Origin: Eledone cirrhosa
Lineage: Eukaryota
Reading direction: 5' to 3'
Length of the DNA stretch: 64,000 nucleotides
NCBI GenBank assembly: GCA_964016885.1
Contig: OZ024740.1
Coordinates: 206,708,001 to 206,772,000, forward strand
The translations under genes and the position numbers were made by a program. Positions 41,850 to 55,197 of this stretch are shown piece by piece. The stretch's first letter is position 1. Every line of letters starts with the position of its first letter. The notes under the pieces were generated by a model. The model searched no databases, was not told the DNA's origin, and saw only the letters and a program-made list of their open reading frames with translations.

Positions 41850-44800
41850 ATGGCTATGCTAAGAGTAGGCTGTTTAAATGCGCGTGGCCTGGGCTCAACT
41901 TGGAAGCAAGCAATGCTTCTAAATGACCTCAGGTCACAACGTATAGATGTGATGGTTATTTGCGAGGCCCGGATCAGCAACGTGCGACAGCTGGCCCCCA
42001 CCTTTGATGACTTTGAGATGCACGCATCTCTCTGTCAGCCCGGAGGTGGGGGTGGAGTTGTCGTTCTGCTGCAAAAACATCTGGGTCTCGCAACACAGAT
42101 GGTACATTTGGACCCGGAGGGTCGACTAGTGGTTCTGGACCTTGGCAGTGGTAAAGGCGGAGCGTTTAGGTTGGTAGCCGCCTACGGCCCTTTCGGGTCA
42201 ATGCGGCCGGACTTCTTCCATCGTCTGGAGACTTTTCTGGGGACGTCCCGCTCCTTGCTATTAGTGGGGGACTGGAATGGTATCCTAGATGCACGCTGGG
42301 ACTACGTAGGGGCCTGTCCCGATAGAGAGGGGTGTAATAGCCTCAAAGGGTTAATCGGTCGATTTGACCTGGCCGATAGATATCGACTAGATTTTCCGAC
42401 TGCGCCAACCTGGACTTGGGCAAATCGTAGCGGATCATCTAGGTCGTACCTAGATAGGTTCTTAGTTAGAATTAAGGATAAGGACTTTTTAAGTTGTCCA
42501 AAAATGCGCATGGTTGGCTATTCAGACCACAAATTAGTGACCTGCATGGTCAACCTTGACAGAACTCATAGACAGGGCCCCGGTTACTGGAAGCTCAACT
42601 TGTCCTTGCCGGCAAGTAGAGCCTACAGGAATCGGATTAGTACGTTAGTTAAGGAACGGTTGACTGGAGCGATCGTCAACAGCAGGTGGTGGGTATCTCT
42701 AAAGAGAGAGATTAGAGTAGTCTCGATAGAATTTAGTAAGGTTCTAGCTGCGGATAGGAATAGGAAGGAAAGGGAGCTAATAGATAGAGTAGAAGAGGCA
42801 ATTAGAAGCGGCGACGTGGCCAGAGTGCTAGCGTCGAGAACGGCTTTGAGCCAGTTTTTCGACGCGAAGCACGAAGGCTGCGTTGTCCGAAGTAAAATAC
42901 GTGCTCTAGGGAACGAGGGGACCAAAGCTGTTAGCTGGGCCCGCGTGACAGAGGCCAACAGTGGAACTAAATCCACCATCCGGTCTTTGCAAGACCTGGA
43001 TGGACGGGCGATTCTTGAGCCTAAGCAGATGTGTGAGGCCTTTCAAAGGCACTTTGCCCGACTGTTCGGGAGGGGCGGGGAGCCGGTTGGGAACGTGGAC
43101 TTCGGTCCATACCTCGACGGCCTGCCGCGCCTCTCGGACAGGGAGGCGAAGTCCTGCGAGGAGCCGATTTCGGCCGCTGAGATAGAGGACGTGCTGAGCC
43201 AATGCGGCAAACGCAAATCCCCGGGTCTCGATGGTCTTCCTTACGAATTATATCTAGCTATGCCGGACTTGTTCCCCGATCTCCTCGAGGCGGTCTACTG
43301 CAACTGGCAACAGAACGGGAGAATTCCCTGTACTGTGACCAAGGGCGTAGTCACGCTAGTGAGGAAGGACGAGAACAAGGGGGACGAAATAAGTAACTTC
43401 AGGCCCATAACTCTGCTAAATACAGAGTTACAGATTTTGGCCAAGGTGCTAGCAAAGAGGTTGGCGCTTGTCGTGGGCAACCTGGTGGGAGATGCGCAGA
43501 CATGCGCTATCCCGTCCAGGTCCATCCATGACAACCTCCACCTCATGCGATACATCATAGAGAGGGTTGGGAACGAACCCGGCTTTGGTGGGGCTCTGAT
43601 CAACTTGGATCAATCTAAGGCGTTCGATAGGGTCGACCATGGTTACCTGGATGCGGTGCTAGCGGCGGCAGGCTTCGGACCCGTTTTCAGGGGCTGGATC
43701 ACTGCTATGCACAGCAGCCGCATCTGCTCTAGGGTCAAGGTGAACGGCTACCTCTCGGAGCCGTTCAAAATCGCGCGGTCCATCCGACAGGGGTGCCCTC
43801 TCTCCTCCCTTCTGTATGTGTTGACTCTCGAGCCACTACTGCGGAAGTTGGAGTTGTTGCAGGGCATCCCTTTGGAACCGGGATTGCGGAAAGCGGTGTC
43901 GGCCTACGCCGATGACGTGACAGTAATGGTGTCGACGGCCTCCGAAATCGAGGCGGTCGGCACCTTACTGGAGGAGTACGAAAAGTTCACAGGGGCTAAG
44001 CTGAACCGGGACAAGTCGATCGGTTTGCAACTCGGCACGTGGAGGGGCAGACCGATGCCCTCCGATGGCGTCGTCGGACGCTGGACGGAGGGCCCGGTGA
44101 AGTTGCTCGGGGTCTGGTTCGGACCGGACCTCCAGGTGGAGAAAAACTGGGCGGAGGTTACGAACAGGGTGTTTGCACTGACCCAGAAGTGGGCCAGTTG
44201 CAAACTATCCCTGAAAGGTCGGGCGGAGGTGGCGAACACCTACATAGCGTCCGTCATCTACTACCGCCTGACCGTAGTGCCCTGCCCAAGGGAAACCCTC
44301 ACCAAGATGGAGCGCGCGCTCTTCCAATTCCTTTGGAAGAGGCGGGCTCCTATGGTGAGGAGATCCATCTGCTGTCAACACCCTTCGAAAGGAGGGCTGG
44401 GGATGCCGTGGCTAATGATGCGTAAACACGCATTAAGGCTACGGCACCTCTACGTATTCCTCACCGGACAACCGGTGTGGGCCTCGTTTGTGAGGCGAAC
44501 CTTTCCCAGACTCGTCTCACTCACCGAGCTGCAATCCTGGGTCAAGCAAAGACCGAGAAAACTGGGCGCCTGGCACACTGAGTGTGCCCAGGCGCTCACC
44601 GCCCTCTGGCAGGCGGATCCGGTTATCAGTGGAGACTCCACCGCAACATTCTATAGAGGGCTGGTACGCAGCAGGTGCGACGACGCCCTCGGAGAAGCCC
44701 TAGACATGGAGGAGGACGAACTAGCCAGCCTGTTCGGTAGGACATTCAGCCCGGGACCTATGGACAACTTCCAGAAGTCCCTGGCCTGGCAGTGCTACCG

Positions 44801-45287
44801 AGGGGCTTTACCCGTTCGAGAAAGGCTCTACAGACACGGGCGCCCGGGTAGGGACCCCGCCAAAAAGATCTGTCCCAGATGCGTGTGCGACGAGGAAACC
44901 GTTGCACACGCATTGGTACACTGCTCGGGCGTAGCCGATCTGTGGGGCTATGTCGAACAACTGCTGTCAAGGGTGGGACCGATCCGGTTGACCACCGAGT
45001 CTATTGTAATGATCAAGCCGCCTCCCCCCTTCAAAGATGAAGCAGAGGCGGTGTTTCTGTGCGTAATAGCCATGGCGAAAGAGGTTGTATGGTGGACGCG
45101 TCTGAAAGGACTGAGGTCAGGCACCTTTCTCTCTGGCCAACAACTGGTCCGTTTCTTCCGATATCATTTCGGAAGAAGGATCAGGATGGAGAGAGAGGTG
45201 CTGCACCCCAGCCGTTTCTATGAAAGATGGGTGAAAGTGGCGAGAATGGCCCGTGTGAATGGGCCTTCACTCTACATCAGACTATAG
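41850..45287 (+). CDS. Tx1 ORF2: APE endonuclease, reverse transcriptase, C-terminal zinc finger; intact
   Basis: LNARGL, GDWN, YLDRFL, SDHKLV; KSPGLDG, FRPITLLN, DQSKAFDRVDH, IRQGCPLS, YADD; CPRC..ETVAHALVHC. Confidence 0.96.
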   Translation: MAMLRVGCLNARGLGSTWKQAMLLNDLRSQRIDVMVICEARISNVRQLAPTFDDFEMHASLCQPGGGGGVVVLLQKHLGLATQMVHLDPEGRLVVLDLGSGKGGAFRLVAAYGPFGSMRPDFFHRLETFLGTSRSLLLVGDWNGILDARWDYVGACPDREGCNSLKGLIGRFDLADRYRLDFPTAPTWTWANRSGSSRSYLDRFLVRIKDKDFLSCPKMRMVGYSDHKLVTCMVNLDRTHRQGPGYWKLNLSLPASRAYRNRISTLVKERLTGAIVNSRWWVSLKREIRVVSIEFSKVLAADRNRKERELIDRVEEAIRSGDVARVLASRTALSQFFDAKHEGCVVRSKIRALGNEGTKAVSWARVTEANSGTKSTIRSLQDLDGRAILEPKQMCEAFQRHFARLFGRGGEPVGNVDFGPYLDGLPRLSDREAKSCEEPISAAEIEDVLSQCGKRKSPGLDGLPYELYLAMPDLFPDLLEAVYCNWQQNGRIPCTVTKGVVTLVRKDENKGDEISNFRPITLLNTELQILAKVLAKRLALVVGNLVGDAQTCAIPSRSIHDNLHLMRYIIERVGNEPGFGGALINLDQSKAFDRVDHGYLDAVLAAAGFGPVFRGWITAMHSSRICSRVKVNGYLSEPFKIARSIRQGCPLSSLLYVLTLEPLLRKLELLQGIPLEPGLRKAVSAYADDVTVMVSTASEIEAVGTLLEEYEKFTGAKLNRDKSIGLQLGTWRGRPMPSDGVVGRWTEGPVKLLGVWFGPDLQVEKNWAEVTNRVFALTQKWASCKLSLKGRAEVANTYIASVIYYRLTVVPCPRETLTKMERALFQFLWKRRAPMVRRSICCQHPSKGGLGMPWLMMRKHALRLRHLYVFLTGQPVWASFVRRTFPRLVSLTELQSWVKQRPRKLGAWHTECAQALTALWQADPVISGDSTATFYRGLVRSRCDDALGEALDMEEDELASLFGRTFSPGPMDNFQKSLAWQCYRGALPVRERLYRHGRPGRDPAKKICPRCVCDEETVAHALVHCSGVADLWGYVEQLLSRVGPIRLTTESIVMIKPPPPFKDEAEAVFLCVIAMAKEVVWWTRLKGLRSGTFLSGQQLVRFFRYHFGRRIRMEREVLHPSRFYERWVKVARMARVNGPSLYIRL

Positions 45288-45551
45288 GTGAGGAAGATGA
45301 AAGACCAAGGGAGCACCCCTTCTCTGTGCTCCTGAGGAGAAGGGTTGCACACTTTTTTCGGGGGTGTGTGCGACCCCCCAAGGCGCCTCCTCTCTATTGA
45401 GGATTTTGTTAAAAATTTTATTTTTTGTTATATCTTATTTTATTTTTATATTTTGTTATTGCCTCCTCCTTATTGAGGACGCCTTTTTGTGTAAACTCCC
45501 CCCTTTGTACTTGTCCCACTTTTGATGCCCTAGTGGCAAATAAAAGAAACA

Positions 45552-45614
<63 letters not shown>

Positions 45615-45625
45615 TAAATAAAGAA

Positions 45626-45715
<90 letters not shown>

Positions 45716-45716
<1 letters not shown>

Positions 45717-46910
45717 CTTTGGAAGAGGCGGGCTCCTTTGGTAAGAAGATCCATCTGCTGCCAACACCCTTCTAACGGAGGGCTGGGGATGCCGTGGTTG
45801 ACGATGCGCAAACACGCGCTCAGGCTGCGGCATCTCTACGTATTCCTCACCGGACAACCGGTGTGGGCCCCGTTCGTGAGGCGAGCCTTCCCACGACTCG
45901 TCTCACTGACCGAGCTGCAGTCCTGGGTCAAGCAGAGACCGAGGAAAATGGGCGACTGGCACATCGAATGTGCTCAGGCGCTCACAGCCCTCTGGCAGGC
46001 GGACCCGGCGATCAGTGGAGACTCCACTTCGTCATTCTATAGAGGGTTGGTCCGCAGCAAGTGCGACGACGCGCTCGGTGAAACTCTAGGCGTGGAGGAA
46101 GATGAACTGGCCAGTCTGTTCGGTAGGACCTTCCGCCCGGGACCGATGGACAACTTCCAAAAGTCCCTGGCCTGGCAGTGCTACCGAGGAGCTCTACCAG
46201 TTCGAGACAAGCTCTACAGACATGGGCGCCCGGGCAGGGACCCTGCAAAAAAGATCTGTCCGAGGTGCGTGCGAGACGAAGAAACCGTCGCGCACGCATT
46301 CATACACTGCCCGGGCGTCACTGACCTGTGGGGCTATGTAGAACGACTATTGTCGCGGGTGGGACCAATCCAGTTGACCACCGAGTCCATTGTCATGATC
46401 AAACCGCCACCCTCCTTCAAAAACGAAGGAGAGGCGGTTTTCCTTTGTGTGATAGCTATGGCGAAAGAGGTTGTATGGTGGACAAGGTTGAAAGGGCTGA
46501 GGTCAGACACCTTTCTCTCCGGCCAACAACTGATTCTTTTTTTCAAATACCACTTTGGAAGAAGAATCAGGATGGAGAGAGAGGTGCTGTACCCCAGCAA
46601 GTTTTATGAAAGGTGGGTGAAAGTGGCGAGAATGGCCCGAGTGAATGGGCCTTCTCTCTATATCAGCCTGTAGGTTGAGGAAAAGGAGGAGGAGAGGAAA
46701 GGAGTACAAGCTCTTCGTACTCCTGGAGATGAGGGTTGCACATTTTTTTCGGGGGTCTGTGTTACCCATATAAACTGTCTCCCTCTATTGGGGAAAATCG
46801 ACTAACTTTTAAATTCCATCTGTGATAACATTTTACACGTTTTTATTGTATGTAAACTTCCCCCTTTGTATTTGTCCCCTTCTTTTGTGCCCCTGTGGCT
46901 AATAAAGAAA
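45716..46910 (+). mobile_element. 5'-truncated Tx1 copy
   Basis: ORF 45738-46673 matches the ORF2 C-terminus; ends aataaagaaa + (TCTA)n. Confidence 0.93.
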
Positions 46911-46925
46911 TATATCTATCTATCT

Positions 46926-47825
46926 ATCAGTGGAGACTCCACTTCGTCATTCTATAGAGGGTTGATCCGCAGCAAGTGCGACGACGCGCTCGGAGAAACT
47001 CTAGGCGTGGGGGAAGACGAACAGGCCAGTCTGTTCGGTAGGACCTTCCGCCCGGGACCGATGGACAACTTCCAAAAGTCCCTGGCCTGGCAGTGCTACC
47101 GAGGAGCTCTACCAGTTCGAGACAAGCTCTACAGACATGGGCGCCCGGGCAGGGACCCTTCGAAAAATATCTGTCCGAGATGCGTGCGAGACGAAGAAAC
47201 CGTCGCGCACCCATTCATACACTGACCGGGCGTTACCGACCTGTGGGGCTATGTAGAACGACTATTGTCGCGGGTGGGACCAATCCAGTTGACCACCGAG
47301 TCCATTGTCATGATCAAACCGACACCCTCCTTCAAAAACGAAGGAGAGGCGGTTTTCCTTTGTGTGATAGCTATGGCGAAAGAGGTTGTATGGTGGACAA
47401 GGTTGAAAGGGCTGAGGTCAGACACCTTTCTCTCCGGCCAACAACTGATTCTTTTTTTTCAAATACCACTTTGGAAGAAGAGTCAGGATGGAGAGAGAGG
47501 TACCCCAGCAAGTTTTATGAAAGGTGGGTGAAAGTGGCGAGAATGGCCCCCAGTGAATGGGCCTTCTCTCTATATCAGCCTGTAGGTTGAGGAAAAAGAG
47601 GAAGAGAGGAAAGGGGTACAAACTCTTCGTACTCCTGAAGATGAGGTTTGCACATTTTTTTCGGGGGTATGTGTTACCCATATGAACTGTCTCCCTCTAT
47701 TGGGGAAAATCGATTAACTTTTAATTTACAATTGTGATAACATTTTACACGTTTTTATTGTATGTAAACTCCCCCCACCTTTGTAATTGTCCCCTTCTTT
47801 TGTGTCCCTGTGGCTTATAAAGAAA
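46926..47825 (+). mobile_element. 5'-truncated Tx1 copy (disrupted)
   Basis: Homologous to 46011-46910; (TCTA)n on both sides. Confidence 0.93.
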
Positions 47826-47845
47826 CATATCTATCTATCTATCTA

Positions 47846-48661
47846 GAGGAAGATGAACTGGCCAGTCTGTTCGGTAGGACCTTCCGCCCGGGACCGATGG
47901 ACAACTTCCAAAAGTCCCTGGCCTGGCAGTGCTACCGAGGAGCTCTACCAGTTCGAGACAAGCTCTACAGACATGGGCGCCCGGGCAGGGACCCTGCAAA
48001 AAAAATCTGTCCGAGGTGCGTGCGAGACGAAGAAACCGTCGCGCACGCATTCATACACTGCCCGGGCGTCACTGACCTGTGGGGCTATGTAGAACGACTA
48101 TTGTCGCGGGTGGGACCAGTCCAGTTGACCACCGAGTCCATTGTCATGATCAAACCGCCACCCTCCTTCAAAAACGAAGGAGAGGCGGTTTTCCTTTGTG
48201 TGATAGCTATGGCGAAAGAGGTTGTATGGTGGACAAGGTTGAAAGGGCTGAGGTCAGACACCTTTCTCTCCGGCCAACAACTGATTCTTTTTTTCAAATA
48301 CCACTTTGGAAGAAGAATCAGGATGGAGAGAGAGGTGCTGTACCCCAGCAAGTTTTATGAAAGGTGGGTGAAAGTGGCGAGAATGGCCCGAGTGAATGGG
48401 CCTTCTCTCTATATCAGCCTGTAGGTTGAGGAAAAGGAGGAGGAGAGGAAAGGAGTACAAGCTCTTCGTACTCCTGGAGATGAGGGTTGCACATTTTTTT
48501 TCGGGGGTATGTGTTACCCATATAAACTGTCTCCCTCTATTGGGGAAAATCGACTAACTTTTAAATTCCATCTGTGATAACATTTTACACGTTTTTATTG
48601 TATGTAAACTTCCCCCTTTGTATTTGTCCCCTTCTTTTGTGCCCCTGTGGCTAATAAAGAA

Positions 48662-48662
<1 letters not shown>
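47846..48662 (+). mobile_element. 5'-truncated Tx1 copy
   Basis: Nearly identical to 46095-46910; (TCTA)n on both sides. Confidence 0.93.
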
Positions 48663-48740
<78 letters not shown>

Positions 48741-48794
48741 CATACATACCTGTATATGTATGTATGTGTGTATATATATATATATGTATGTATG

Positions 48795-48829
<35 letters not shown>

Positions 48830-48831
<2 letters not shown>

Positions 48832-50880
48832 AGGGGGGAGGAGGAGAAGAGGGCAGGGAAGGCATGTTAGTATGTTAGTTGGGGAAGGGTGGTCGGATGA
48901 GGGGTGGAGTGGAGGTGTTAGTATTGTTAGTTGTGGGGTGGGCGGTGAAAAGGAGGGGTGTGTTAGTGGTGTTAGTGGGGGATATGTGTGGAGGGAGGGG
49001 GGCGGTCGAAGGCTAAAGGAATAAGGGTGGGGAGTTCAGGCCGGGGGGAGTGTGGGTCTGTAAGATGAAGATGGTTCTTTGTTCGACTCTGAGGAGATTG
49101 GCGGGTGTTCCGTGGCATTGGAGTAGGCCACAGACTGTGAGATGGCGTGCGGAATGTCTAGGGGCACCAAAGTGGCGGGCGATGGGGAAACTACCACCGA
49201 GAAGAATATCCCGGAGGTGCTCAGTGAATCGGTCCGCCAGGCGACGTCCCGTCTGTCCGACGTAAGTCGCGCTGCACTCAGTGCAGCGAAGTCCGTAGAC
49301 TAGGTTGGAGGAGGTGCAGCGGAAGGTATGCCGGACAGAGAGAGAGAGTGGCCGTTGGGACCCTGGAAGGTGGTGGTGGTGGTGATGTGGGGACAGGTGT
49401 TGCAGCGGGGCCTAGAACAGGGAAAGGAACCGGGGGGGGGGAGCGTGGGTTGGGGGGGTAGAGAGCTGTGGACGAGGAGGGTGCGGAGATTGCGTGCGCG
49501 TTTGAAGGAGGGGAGTGGTGGGGTTGGGAAGATGTGGGAGGTGGAGGGGTCGAACTGGAGGCGTCGGAAGAGGCGGCGGATGGTGCGGTGGAGGGGTAAG
49601 GTGGAGGGGTGGTAGGCGATGGGGAAGGGGAGACGGTGGGTGGGTGTGCGGTGGCGTGGGGTGAGGGTGGTGGAGCGGTGGACAGCACGGGTGCGGGTGA
49701 GAGCGGTGTGGACGAGAGAGGGGGTAACCTCTGCGGATGAAATGGCTGACTAGGGAAAGGGCCTGGGACTCGAAGTCAGCATCTCGGCTACAGAGGCGGC
49801 GGATCCTGAGGAGTTGGGAGTAGGGAATAGAGTGTTTAGTGTGTGTGGGGTTGGAAGAGGTGAAGTCGAGGTAAGAGTGGGAGTCGGTGGGTTTGAAGAA
49901 GGCGGAGGTGACGAGGGAGTGGTGGGAGGGGTCGAAGGCGACGGAGATGTCTAAGAAGTGGACGTGGGTGGTGGAGATAGAGGTGGTGAAGTGGAGGGAG
50001 GGGTGGAAGGAGCAGAAGAAGGAGAGAAAGGAGTCGAGCTGTTCTCGGGTGAGGGTCGTGGCTCCGATACAGTCGTCAATGTAACGACCGTACAGTTCGG
50101 GCGTGGGGCCGGTGTACTGGGCAAAGATTTGGGCCTCAACATGGCCAACAAAAAGGTTGGCATAGTTCGGGCCCATTCTTGTACCCATGGCTAACCCCGT
50201 GACCTGTTGGTAAAATTCACCCGAGAAGGAGAAACAATTGAGGGTGAGGACCAGCTCGGCGAGGCGAAGGAGGGTGGGGGTGGAGGGAATGGGGGAGGGG
50301 CGAAGGTCGAGGTAGCGTTTGAGGGCGCGCAGGCCGTCGGCGTGGGGGATGACGGTATAGAGGGACTTGATGTCTAGGGTGAAGAGGAAGGGCTGTGGGC
50401 CGGGTGGGTAGGTGAAGGAGTCGAAAAGGCGCAGGGCGTAGTTGGTGTCGGAGATGTGGGAGGGGAGGGTGGTGACAAGGGGGGCGAGGATGGAGTCGAG
50501 AAAGGCGGAGATGAGTTCGGTGGGGCAGTTGCAAGCGGAGACGATGGGGCGACCGGGGTTGTCGGGTTTGTGGAGTTTGCGGAGGAAGTAGATGGTGGGG
50601 GTGCGGGGGGTGCGGACGATGAGGTGGGAAGCGGTGGGGGAGGGAGGAATGAGGAGGAGACAAGGTGGTGGATGGTGGAGGAAACTTGTTGTTGGTAGAG
50701 GGGTGTGGGATCGGAGGGTAGAGGGCGGTAGAAGAGGGGGTTACAGAGCTGCCTGAGGGCTTCGGCCGTGTAGAGGTCCGCGCGCCACACCACCACGGCG
50801 CCTCCCTTGTCCGCCGGTTTGATGACGATGTCATCTCGGCTACGGAGGGAGCGGAGAGCGAGGAGTTCGCCCCGTGAGAT
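48830..50880 (-). mobile_element. GC-rich Penelope-like element (RT + GIY-YIG), frameshifted
   Basis: KPADKGGAVVVW, GRPIVS, LDIKSLYT, MGTRMGPNYANLF, YGRYIDD; LVYGLRC..YVGQTGRRLADRFTEH near 49220-49310. Confidence 0.9.
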
Positions 50881-51105
50881 ATTATTCCGTTTGGAACGAT
50901 ATATATAAATATAAATTTAGCGAGAATCGCATTTCGGCGGGTAGAAATTAGCGAAACGCAACTTTCGTATTGTGTATTGTGCAGACAAGCGCTCCATGGA
51001 TATGAAGAAGATACCGGAGCTATAAACATAAGTTAAAATGGTCATACACGCTGAGACGATGGTTAAGAAGCCATTAACCACCTTAGCCAAAAAAGCGAAC
51101 AAGCT

Positions 51106-53005
51106 TATAACAGAATACTGGGTTGTAATGAACATGAAAAAAGAGACGATTGTATGTACAATGTTTATTTAACATAGTTGAGTTATGTAGAGCAGAATGG
51201 TTGACATGTCAAGAGAACGACTGGACATCTATCTATCCATCACACAAAGATACAATGTAATCAAAAGAAGGGGTCAAAAGAGCAAGGAAACGCGCTCGAA
51301 CACAGTTATTAAAAAATTTAAATGTTCAAAAATAAAGTTTACAGGTGTGCAATCACATGACAGCAGGAAAGAAAGTGTGTCCTCCTGAGAATGTATGCAG
51401 GTGGTCTCTAGACTGTGGTACAACGTGAAATTCGGTGGGATTTTCTCACAGGAAGAGTGCTGCAAAAATAAATTCTCTGTTTTGTTGTGCTGGTTTTGGT
51501 TGTTGATGTTGATGTTTCGCGGAGTGAGCCTACTCGTTGTTGTTTAAATTCACAGTACAAAGTTTCCCAGAAAAAAAAATGAGTTGCGCAAAGTGCTAGA
51601 AATAACAGCCAAAGTTGATGGTTGATGTTGAGAATGCGTTGACCTGGAGGGGTCAAGAGGCCAGCGACCAAAGAAATAAGCATTCTGAATAAATGCGCAG
51701 TTTTCAACGGCAAATTTACGTGGTAAATTTTTAAATCAGCAAATAGGAGAATATAGCTTAAGGCTGGAGAATCCTTGGCAAGAAACCTTATCTATGGCGT
51801 GTGTTATCTCAGTAAGTCGAGATGTGTGCTCCCCACACGTGCCGAAACAAGGTTAAAGTCAAGTTGAAAAAAAAAAATTTCTATTGCGCGAGAAAATGGC
51901 GCGAAAATGATAGTGCAACAGGTCGTTGGCAGCTATTTTGAAATATTTGTGTGTGAACGTGATAATATGATGAAAAAGAAAGAAAGGCTTCACTTGGTAT
52001 AACAAATATGGCGAGTTCAATTTTTTGTGAACGATGAAAAAAGCTTGGTGGAAAGAATAAGCGATAGTTGAGATTCAGCAAAGAAATGTTGAAATGTGTA
52101 AAAAAAATCAAATTTCTTTTTTTTTTTTTTAAGTGTTCGTTGTAAGAAGAAGCGAAAAACATATATATACATCCAGTGAAATGCGACCCATAGTTGATGT
52201 ACGACACGTGCGTGAAAGGCAAAATTTTCTTTTTATTTTGCTTGCTGAGAAAACATTTCTTTTTTTTTTTTTTTTTTTGATGTGTTCGTTATAAGACAGT
52301 GTATGCGGAGAGAAATCCATATCTAAGGAGGTCGGAGGGATTTCTTAGTCCGAAAAAAAAAATATCACGTTAGGTGAGAGAAAAAGAGTCTGTCTGAACG
52401 AGAATTTCACATGTGCGTGTATTCGTTTCTGTGTCTGCGTATTTTTCCTAGTTTGTTAATAAAGTTTGCTGCGTGTTCGAAATGTTGGTCGACACATTCC
52501 AACGAAAATGGGGTACCGTTAATTAATTTTCTTTTTTCCATACTCACACAACACCAGATCCTATCATTTTTTTCTTTTTTCGGGGTCACCACTTATAACA
52601 GAATACTGGGTTGTAATGAACATGAAAAAGGAGACTCGATTGTATGTACAATGTTTATTTAACATGGTTGAGTTATGTAGAGCAGAATGGTTGACATGTC
52701 AAGAGTAGATGAAAGAAAGAAGTAAAGTTATTTGTTACCGTTTTAAAGTGAGCTCGTAAGAGACCATGTTCAGGGTTGCCAGAGAGTATACCCTCGGCGG
52801 GGCGGAACGCGCCTGGCCGAAGGCCAGCAGCCGAAAGGGCAAATGAGAGGGAGACAGCTTTGAGCTGTCCCTTTTATATGGTCCCCGGACGGAAGCGACA
52901 AAGAAGGCAACCACAACGGGAAGTAACTCCAGCTACCTCCTGTCTAGAGAGCGTTACTCTACTGGTGATGTGATCGTCACAAGAAGGGAGGCAACTCTTG
53001 CTACA
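51106..53005 (-). mobile_element. Internally deleted LTR retrotransposon
   Basis: Full LTR 52594-53005, partial LTR 51106-51214; AGCT TSD (51102-51105, 53006-53009); PBS tggtgaccccg (52581-52591). Confidence 0.88.
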
Positions 53006-53059
53006 AGCTAAACGGGTCAAACAAAATGAGATATGATTGAAATAGTTAGCCGGACCCCC

Positions 53060-53133
<74 letters not shown>

Positions 53134-53689
53134 ACGAAGTGGTGTTAGTAGTAGGTGTTAGATGGATTAACACGGTTATTAGATGTAATAACAAGAATAG
53201 TCGTTTAACTTTGTATATAAAAAGGTTTACTTCACTTCTGTCAAAAAGAACAATAAACAAGTTACCATGAGTTGCGAAGGTTGACAATGTTATTTTGTTG
53301 TTGGTTCATGAGGCTGGTGTAGTCTGCGACCAAGAGAGGGAGAGAGTAATGGTCTGTGGTTGACTGTAGACCACTGTGGCCTGTAGATAGCGGTGATCTT
53401 TACATAGCTTGTTGCTAGTGTAATGCTCCGATCTCTCTGTATGTCTGTAGACCTCTGCGGCCTGAAGGTAGCGGTGAATCTTTCACATAGCTGGTCTGTA
53501 TCGTGGTGCTTCTATCTCTCTGTATAACGTGGGAATATACAGGCTTTATATACCTGTCGCTTTCTGTCCCCTGCCTCGAGAGAGGTGCTGTACCCCAGCT
53601 CACGCATCAACCTGTTTACACCAAAAGGGTGGTGACCTAGAGTTTGACCTTTAGGTGTCATCCAAGGTTCAAGGCGTGGACAGATTTCG

Positions 53690-54046
<357 letters not shown>

Positions 54047-54269
54047 TATATATATCGCGAGTGAGGTTACCAATGTAATTATGTGAGAATTGATATGTGT
54101 CCATTGATCGGTGGTTTATGTTTATCGTGGCGTGGCAGATTTTATAATAGTAATTTGTTGTTGGTTTGATGGGTGGTTATGTATAAGGTAGTCCTGTCCC
54201 ATATAAAGCGCTGTGTGAAATGCCGTTGAATGAACAAATAAAACATGATCGCTACTTAGATACATTTCA

Positions 54270-55197
54270 GTAGAGCGTCTGACAACCTGCTTCGCAACAG
54301 AGAGTTACGGCCCTTTACGTCCTGTGTGCAAATCCCGCCAAGGTTAGCTTTGCCTTTCATCCTTACGGAGTCGATAGAATAAAGCACCAATAATGCACTG
54401 GGGTAATTGCTGGCCTTGTGCCAAAAGTAGAAACAATTATTATTAATTGTACAATTCTACCCAAACTTCTAATATTCAGCGATTAATGATGTTCATATTG
54501 AAATAACAGTTGTTTCTAATTTAGGCCCCAGGAAGGATTTAGGGATGGGAAGGTCGATTAATTGGTACTTTATTTTATCGACCCGAAAGGATGAAATACA
54601 AAGTTGTCCTCGGCAGAATTTGAACTCGAAAAGTAATGACTCGGAACAAATGCTACAAATCATTTGCCCGACGTTTTAACATTTCTTCCACTTCACCAAC
54701 CTTGATGAAGCAATGGTTTCTGATTTAGGCACAAAGCAATGGTTTCTGATCTAGGCACAAAGTAATGGTTTCTGATGTGGACACAAAGCAATGGTTTCTG
54801 ATTTAGGCACAAAGCCAACACATTTGGGGAGGAGAAAGTCAATTAAAACGATCATAGTGTGTTACTGGTACATTATTTTATCGACCCTGTAAGATTGAAA
54901 GACAAAACTACCCTCGATGGGATGATAATGAAATAATAACGAAACAATCGATATCCAGCATTTTTGGTTTCTTATATTGCTACATAGAAACCCACATCAG
55001 CTATGTCGACCTACCAACCTCTAAAACACAACCGGGGAGTACCATGAAAAAAAAAGTGCCCCAAAACGGGGAGAAATGAGGCAAAATGGGGACATTTTAC
55101 ATATTTGTTTCTACTTTTGGCACAAGGCCAGCAATTACCCAGTACATTACTGGTACTTTATTTTATCGACCCCGTAAAGATGACCTCGGCGGGATTT
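54270..55197. mobile_element. Cluster of four SINE copies/fragments plus a 26-bp tandem repeat (54710-54815)
   Basis: Family core at ~54270-54442 (+), 54510-54695, 54790-54925, 55105-55197 (-). Confidence 0.72.

Larger units (their letters stand above)
39813..45550 (+). mobile_element. Full-length L1/Tx1-clade non-LTR retrotransposon in (TCTA)n
   Basis: 5' UTR + ORF1 + ORF2 + 3' UTR ending aataaaagaaac; (TCTA)n immediately on both sides. Confidence 0.92.
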
